From a virus, in the IMG/VR virus record IMGVR_UViG_3300029845_000007: DNA of 64,000 nucleotides, one strand, 5' to 3'. The translations under genes were made by a program, and so were the position numbers. Positions 60,301-64,000 of the stretch are shown here, piece by piece; positions within the stretch are counted from its first letter, which is position 1; each line of letters opens with the position of its first letter. Below the pieces are notes generated by a model, which was given only the letters and a program-made list of their open reading frames with translations, searched no databases and was not told the DNA's origin.

Positions 60301-60372
60301 CATATTAACAGAATTAGCCCCACTAGTTAGTGGAGCTTTTTCTACTGATATATTATCAAACATGTTTGGCAT
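54316..60372 (-). CDS. Giant virion/ejection protein (2018 aa) with an HExxH zincin-like motif.
   Basis: LTLIHEGVHYLLNDE near the C-terminus. Coiled-coil and Gly-rich regions. Three dispersed-motif copies lie inside (55214, 57511, plus 60559 in the neighbouring gene). Confidence 0.5.
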   Translation of the reverse strand: MPNMFDNISVEKAPLTSGANSVNMANDVPTVTKYKPDVAAQGNFMFRNLTGKEVFTGTEEDYHSLAKYGAEPNRYQSREELETLRAKNQSAWKQASNALGQTIGTVIGDTVGGMGMLIDLATAGLWDDKPFSNPITRAGDTISDYVRDDLFPIYRENPDKAFDMNDFSGWFFSQVPSIASSLSLMIPGTLLTKGVGAVGKGVAALGRSSSKVSRAMNWAKKATKLDNVYRANRLKILANDGITAIGMRLGENYQEARGVAEQIEGEALSLFTGMSDEEFQNWLDNNPDIASEAKERTKEEAALIVADKAAMRNFGYNAGNVFFDFMQLRAVNKAIGQVNRAITPRIRYSQNQALDRIASTGVESASQTLGQAAKGTIKDFAGKINRFVNSSENLLLSELTEGIEEAINFVGQEEGTLYGRYLLGQAEQYNGAVSMDRIEKYLQNPQLYNAALWGVIGGITFGGTMSAINNRKGGNVEEKQRIAEINGREQVFNEYARQMQIIDNGENPYQIERDANGNPITYLDDGTVSQDPTVGTTRYTKVSPEEQEDLRAAAKEKFTTTLTLNAIRSGNYELLEDYIEDPRLKKKLVDSGLVDDVEYDRDTQELKKTMRTVLDRYVNYSTALRSANIDDALLDVAISENIVNAQEADLLNKRVERLNTIQSQLENSIPAINEVLNPMAKNRMQLGILEQYRREVMSTYNSLKNSNNPLDRAQASQYIDLSRIIESKVTDLRRGLSSMESLFLDNVRSVENIALGIEGSEEQNNLIKKQIEELDESDVALFKQAGKDFSLGTLAKQVHNINSEYMDNMGQILLDEIRRDNYRSRIITTNEQAKEFEDTRKKELEDAAKNLVKSAKKNLNDFVNMANEEELGNLEKALDNAFTDEESQNTSNKSLSNAVSILTNSENGKNEISNLREAITKRRNKLAIQNEVQQRQPENQQETFSMGEGRSEATTQEELEVKPKPRPKPKTAKEKKLKETLDKVVSQSNSGIVNKSNIGNLEFTIVNPFASLSDVSRKPVKVNDIDIRISRFGNVSIDGLDAKGNIIADVTIEELNAAIAIGDITVVDTSKKEDTRTDDTVLESAISDNDLEGQRQRIEEINLIIDLYNQIQGNEVEGKTFTSLNDMMIYLQQLNPRAINLYNDIKVLANRQIINGKIVNVDTEVKTPSDIIQSASKTLENAIAENRQNTKDNGYFFNLVNLNDSKVYSRIGQLKTNDTVNVELDENDNLIVKSRGIKIGEFPKINYNNGNVEVINQGWRYTVRNGNIDFITQLQSIISNEDESAKEFVQTLNNIRRLYRVRNNPEVEGTFGHQLNALQENKNWKNLTSLFGDTQTNLLDRIRHLNSIIFFNNALNVNQSDFSTIVNDSLTNWMNKLKKSYTDINNLKSSISKTKSKKKRLVVGRTSSGSVIYAKDKQGNPIYRKFGDVTTSEATDGYRLVVGVDGGVADIKTNTIIAASRIPRNVVGMTIKDSEGRLIAVPSRENTMSNSETGATEYTKRFNEGLDKLLHSLLDATLQGNENLHTQLLEEVSKYIGKQKVLYGYEVRGHALIPINRVAPTIYFNLKDRNVAFSIPGELKPRRLMARMPNGFVPTNNHGNFSKMLQEVYALLTRNVVNSAIRGESSLFRVVGGKLQAKIPNILQDEWFDTGYSSYEEFVAKDGVLVTDLGSVTDSKGNIVSNFNYVGDVYNRTITLMNPSRNASRTDAANAATSPIKGQQTVSPVVVPDPLASQDSVPQIGTLMEVAQANTDNPNLLSVVSALESAGIKLSPDIETVGEKGRFAGIVAGGNTITLSNRFNSLAPERRVLTLIHEGVHYLLNDERANIEQSFGDLYDKFANFINQDSRLIDEYGDFLNSSKPRAVAIEEFVVEAITNRTFARLLARIKYDSNPTIESNNLFTKIVDALVELIGKIGQIDNTLLGEVRNRLSTIGLETSDTASTSTVTHDDTFDRAEEDVSVPTDDVFDIPDIDLDLDSSISDNYRQVDNFDSLIEGLNNRQKAIVTHLFDTGELSFVCS

Positions 60373-60376
60373 ACGC

Positions 60377-63142
60377 TTACTTCATTAAGTCGTTCATTTG
60401 ATTAAGTATAACTTGACTAGGAGTTTCTCCCGTAAGACTAGAGTACATTCGATTAAAGAATTGAAATACTTGTCTCTTAGTATCTATATCTAATTCATTT
60501 AGATTACCAGTAGCACCTGCCATTATCATAGCCTTCTGCATAAGCGGACGAGCAATCACTTGTTGCTCTTCTATGGGGGAATTTGCAATAGAACCATTTC
60601 TAGCACTAATCAAATCTATATCTTCTTTAACAGGAGCAAGAACAGCATTAGCTTGATTGTTTTGAAGCATACGTTCAAATAACTCACTTTCAGTAATTTT
60701 AATTACAGGAGAATCACTAGCATCGAGTATTTGATACAGGTTGCCATCAGTAACAGCTGAATAACTACCGTCTCCAAATTCACTATCTGATAAACGATAA
60801 CCTCTTTTAAGAGCGTTATTGTACTTAATAGAATTGAGAGTGTCCCATGCTTTAACAGCAGGCAAAGATTTAAATCTCTCTATCTCATCATTAAGTACAG
60901 CACCTGTAATCATATAGTCTCCGGCTACTGCGTTCTGTATTCTATCTTCCATATCAGAATCAGGATTCTTACCAACATTCTTACCTGTCTTTACAGTATA
61001 AGGAATATTTAAGAATATACCATATTCACCAGTAGAAGCAGAACTACACCAACCGTTATTAATATTCTTCTTCTTAATTTGTGCTTGAATAGTTTGCATG
61101 ATAGCATCTCTATCTCTACTATCTTCAACAACTTCAAGAACTCCTTCTTCATTACGTTTCTTAATAACTATACTTCCTGGATTAGCAATACTAACCATAT
61201 TCATAACCCGTTCATTATAGTCTTTTAGTTGTTCAGATTCAAAGCCCTGACCTAAAGCAACAACATGAGGCGGTAAGTCAAATACCGCTAAGTCTACATA
61301 AGTAGGAGGAAGAGTTTTAGATACTCTTTCAGTCGCAGCATTAGATATTTGTGCAGCTTTCTCATATACATAGGCTATTGAGTTTTTATCACTTCCGGCA
61401 GTTGTTATCTCTCCACGACCAAGTGCTCTAAAGCCAGCCATAAATGCAGTGACTTCACTACCATAATATTTATTACCATGATAGACTTCATCAGCCCTAG
61501 TAAATGATTTAGGTTCTACACCTTCATTAGTAAATCCAATAGGATTAACTTTTAATACTTCACTTATTTCAGGAGCTAAACGAGTATAAGCATCTTTACT
61601 AATACGAATATATTCTTTATCCCCTATTTTAGAGAATGATACATCTTGTCTAGTAAGACCCATATCAACTCTTAGTTTAGATATAATAGCAGCTTTACTA
61701 GCTTCGTTAATAGGATTAACAAGAACTGTATCGAAACTATTACCTTGCGAATCTGTGAATAACTTGTTCATTCTATTAGCATATTCACGTTGCATAGGAT
61801 TATTAGTATCTGCCATATTTCCATTACTAAGTCTCTTACCTAAGAAATCAGATGCAAACTGTTCATCTTGTGTAAGATGTCCTTTCATAGCATCTAATCT
61901 ATTATTAGCGTTATTAATACCACTATAATAATTATATGCTTCATCCAATGCTTGCTTCTTAGCTGTATCAGACAGATTGCTATTATTAGCAATACTTGAC
62001 CTTAATTGAGCATACGCTTTATCTAATGGAACAGATTTAGATATTCCATAAGTAGCAAACATATTGGCTAATTGACTATTAAGTGTATTCAATTGTGACG
62101 CAACCTTAGCAGGAGTATCAGGTTCTACTTTCTCTTTACCACCAACTGTTTGCATAGAAGGTAATAATTCAGGTTCTTTACCAGTCTTAGGTTTAGCAGC
62201 AGCTTTACGTACGGCAGCTAATAGATTAAATCCTAATTCAGGACTAATTCTACTTTCAGTTCTACGATAAGCAGAAGCAGCATATCTAGGAGCAAATAGA
62301 TTCTCTTCAAATTCTTTCTGCGACATAATAGTTCCGTCAGGCTTAGTAACAAGATTGTTCTTATTACCTTTATTAGCTTTCCAAACATTTACTTTATAGT
62401 CTTGTTCAAGAGAAGCACGAGCACCAGGAGTTTCATTTAATGCAGCTTCAAATGCAGCACGTATCTTCTCCTTAGATAACTGTTGAATACCACCGGAAGT
62501 TTTAAGATAAGGAACATCACCAGCAACAATATTTCCTTGACCTTCTTTAAGATTACCTTCTGCATCGCCCCATACTAACTGTTCACCTGAACTAGAATCA
62601 ACACCAACAGTAGACAATACTTTCTGATATAAAGTATTATAATCTATTTGTTCAACAGGACGATAATTAGGTTTGAATTGATTACCGCCTATTACTCTAC
62701 CTGTTTCATCTATTTGGTCTTGATAATTATATTTGTTCTGTTCCAATGTATAAGCCTTAACATCTCCATCATAAGCATCACTATTAGTAACTTCGTCTTG
62801 GAACTTTTTAAACTCTTGTTGATAACGCTCACGACCAATAAGTCCTGGATTACTAGCAACTTCTCCGGCTAATCTTCTTGCAGTAGTTAATGCAGTAGCA
62901 TAACTACCTTCTTGAGCACTTGCTTCTATTTGAGCATTAACATCTCTCGAATATTTATCGAGCCACTCATTTTCAGCTTCGTTTAATTGCTTATTAGCAA
63001 GAAACGTTTTAATCTGATTACTAGTTTCAATAGCAGTATCATGTTTCTGTTGTAGAGTATTTAACGTACTATTGTAAACATCTAAAGGAGCGGCAACCCG
63101 CTCCCTCTTTTGATAACCAGCTGTTCTAATATCTATCGGCAT
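60377..63142 (-). CDS. Large virion protein (921 aa), unknown function.
   Basis: Long ORF upstream of and co-directional with the giant genes. Contains motif copy 60559-60586 encoding ANSPIEEQQV. Confidence 0.5.
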   Translation of the reverse strand: MPIDIRTAGYQKRERVAAPLDVYNSTLNTLQQKHDTAIETSNQIKTFLANKQLNEAENEWLDKYSRDVNAQIEASAQEGSYATALTTARRLAGEVASNPGLIGRERYQQEFKKFQDEVTNSDAYDGDVKAYTLEQNKYNYQDQIDETGRVIGGNQFKPNYRPVEQIDYNTLYQKVLSTVGVDSSSGEQLVWGDAEGNLKEGQGNIVAGDVPYLKTSGGIQQLSKEKIRAAFEAALNETPGARASLEQDYKVNVWKANKGNKNNLVTKPDGTIMSQKEFEENLFAPRYAASAYRRTESRISPELGFNLLAAVRKAAAKPKTGKEPELLPSMQTVGGKEKVEPDTPAKVASQLNTLNSQLANMFATYGISKSVPLDKAYAQLRSSIANNSNLSDTAKKQALDEAYNYYSGINNANNRLDAMKGHLTQDEQFASDFLGKRLSNGNMADTNNPMQREYANRMNKLFTDSQGNSFDTVLVNPINEASKAAIISKLRVDMGLTRQDVSFSKIGDKEYIRISKDAYTRLAPEISEVLKVNPIGFTNEGVEPKSFTRADEVYHGNKYYGSEVTAFMAGFRALGRGEITTAGSDKNSIAYVYEKAAQISNAATERVSKTLPPTYVDLAVFDLPPHVVALGQGFESEQLKDYNERVMNMVSIANPGSIVIKKRNEEGVLEVVEDSRDRDAIMQTIQAQIKKKNINNGWCSSASTGEYGIFLNIPYTVKTGKNVGKNPDSDMEDRIQNAVAGDYMITGAVLNDEIERFKSLPAVKAWDTLNSIKYNNALKRGYRLSDSEFGDGSYSAVTDGNLYQILDASDSPVIKITESELFERMLQNNQANAVLAPVKEDIDLISARNGSIANSPIEEQQVIARPLMQKAMIMAGATGNLNELDIDTKRQVFQFFNRMYSSLTGETPSQVILNQMNDLMK

Positions 63143-63159
63143 AGTTATATTATTTATAG

Positions 63160-63942
63160 TTAAGCAATCTTTTTCTTACCACCACATCTGAATAGACTAC
63201 TACGTACTTTACTCAATCTACCTTTATTCTTATCCATCAATTTTAAGAATAGTTCCATTTGTTCAGGATTTGCAGACATCATAGCAGCAGTAGCATTTTC
63301 TTCTGAACGTCTCTTATCCATACCTAATTGATAATCTCTAACCGCACTAGTAAGACCTTCAATTATATTAGTACGATTATTAGCTCTTGCTTGAATCTTT
63401 TCGTTTTCGGTTTGAGTAACTGCATTATCATAAGCGTTTAATACTTGATTGTTTACAGCTTCTACTCCTTGACGATTAAGAGCAGAACGATTGAGAAGGT
63501 TTGTCTCAATATTCTCTTTCATACCTCTTAGTTTATTACGTTCGAGAACTCCACGATTAGCTAAAGATTGAATACGAGCAATCTTTCCTGACGAACTAGA
63601 AGTATTAGAATCAATAATTCTAGCCATATTTCTTTCAGAATCTCGACTTTCAGCTAATTGTGGATTTATATTATAAGTAGTTCTCATCCTTGCAGGAATT
63701 ATAGTTCTAGGTCTAGTAGGAGCTTGAATATTATTAATACTGTTCTTATTAGTAACACCACTTATAATATTACCTAATGCTCCAATACTAGCACTAATAG
63801 CTTCTCCACCTATACCGCTCATAAAGTTTCCAAATCTACTAGATTTAGATAATGGACTAGTACTAGAACTAATAGAAGCTCCAACAGGTTTACTTGGAAC
63901 TACACTATTAGTCTTAACAGAATTCATATTAGCTTTAGTCAA
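63160..63942 (-). CDS. Virion protein (260 aa) with a Gly/Ser-rich N-terminus.
   Basis: ORF with a SASIGALGNIISGVT-type segment. Same operon as the giant proteins. Confidence 0.45.
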   Translation of the reverse strand: MTKANMNSVKTNSVVPSKPVGASISSSTSPLSKSSRFGNFMSGIGGEAISASIGALGNIISGVTNKNSINNIQAPTRPRTIIPARMRTTYNINPQLAESRDSERNMARIIDSNTSSSSGKIARIQSLANRGVLERNKLRGMKENIETNLLNRSALNRQGVEAVNNQVLNAYDNAVTQTENEKIQARANNRTNIIEGLTSAVRDYQLGMDKRRSEENATAAMMSANPEQMELFLKLMDKNKGRLSKVRSSLFRCGGKKKIA

Positions 63943-64000
63943 AGCATTAGGAGCAAAACTACTACTATAATCCTTTTCTAAACCAAAGTTATTATAGTTA

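Noticed and set aside
1-64000. CRISPR arrays, rRNA, integrase/att sites, reverse transcriptase/DGR, stop-codon reassignment
   Set aside because: No regularly spaced repeat-spacer arrays. No recombinase or RT motifs. The two giant ORFs are uninterrupted in the standard code, so there is no evidence for recoding here.

Overview
This 64 kb window appears to be a contiguous piece of an AT-rich (about 30% GC) tailed dsDNA phage genome, with a layout resembling crAss-like (Crassvirales) phages. It is organised into three blocks.

**Block 1 (1–12.4 kb, minus strand): packaging and head genes.** A partial putative major capsid protein, a scaffold-like protein, a putative portal, a putative large terminase, a possible lysis cassette, and a Cas4-like Fe-S PD-(D/E)xK nuclease.

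Between blocks 1 and 2 lies a roughly 1.2 kb divergent regulatory region carrying repeats, followed by two tiny membrane-protein genes.

**Block 2 (13.5–40.7 kb, plus strand): replication and nucleotide metabolism genes.** A PIF1/RecD-like SF1 helicase split by a group I intron that carries a GIY-YIG homing endonuclease, a family B DNA polymerase, an SSB-like protein, a DnaG-like primase, an ATP-dependent DNA ligase, a free-standing HNH endonuclease, a dUTPase, a DUF932-like protein, and many small ORFs. This block also holds a GC-rich island containing a winged-helix protein gene flanked by iteron-like repeats.

**Block 3 (41.4–64 kb, minus strand): giant virion proteins.** A 4239-aa protein carrying an RNA-polymerase-type ADFDID catalytic motif (virion-packaged RNAP fusion), a 2018-aa protein with an HExxH motif, and 921-aa and 260-aa proteins.

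Two elements stand out. The first is the group I intron in the helicase gene. The second, and most unusual, is a dispersed family of at least 23 copies of a GC-rich roughly 20-mer (TTCCCCCATAAAGGAG-like). Copies occur in both orientations, in intergenic DNA and inside ORFs in several reading frames. Some copies are extended to 50 bp or more, and an inverted pair forms a roughly 110 bp palindrome at the convergent terminus.

No tRNA, rRNA or CRISPR arrays were found. All product assignments are from motif recognition by eye, with no database searches.
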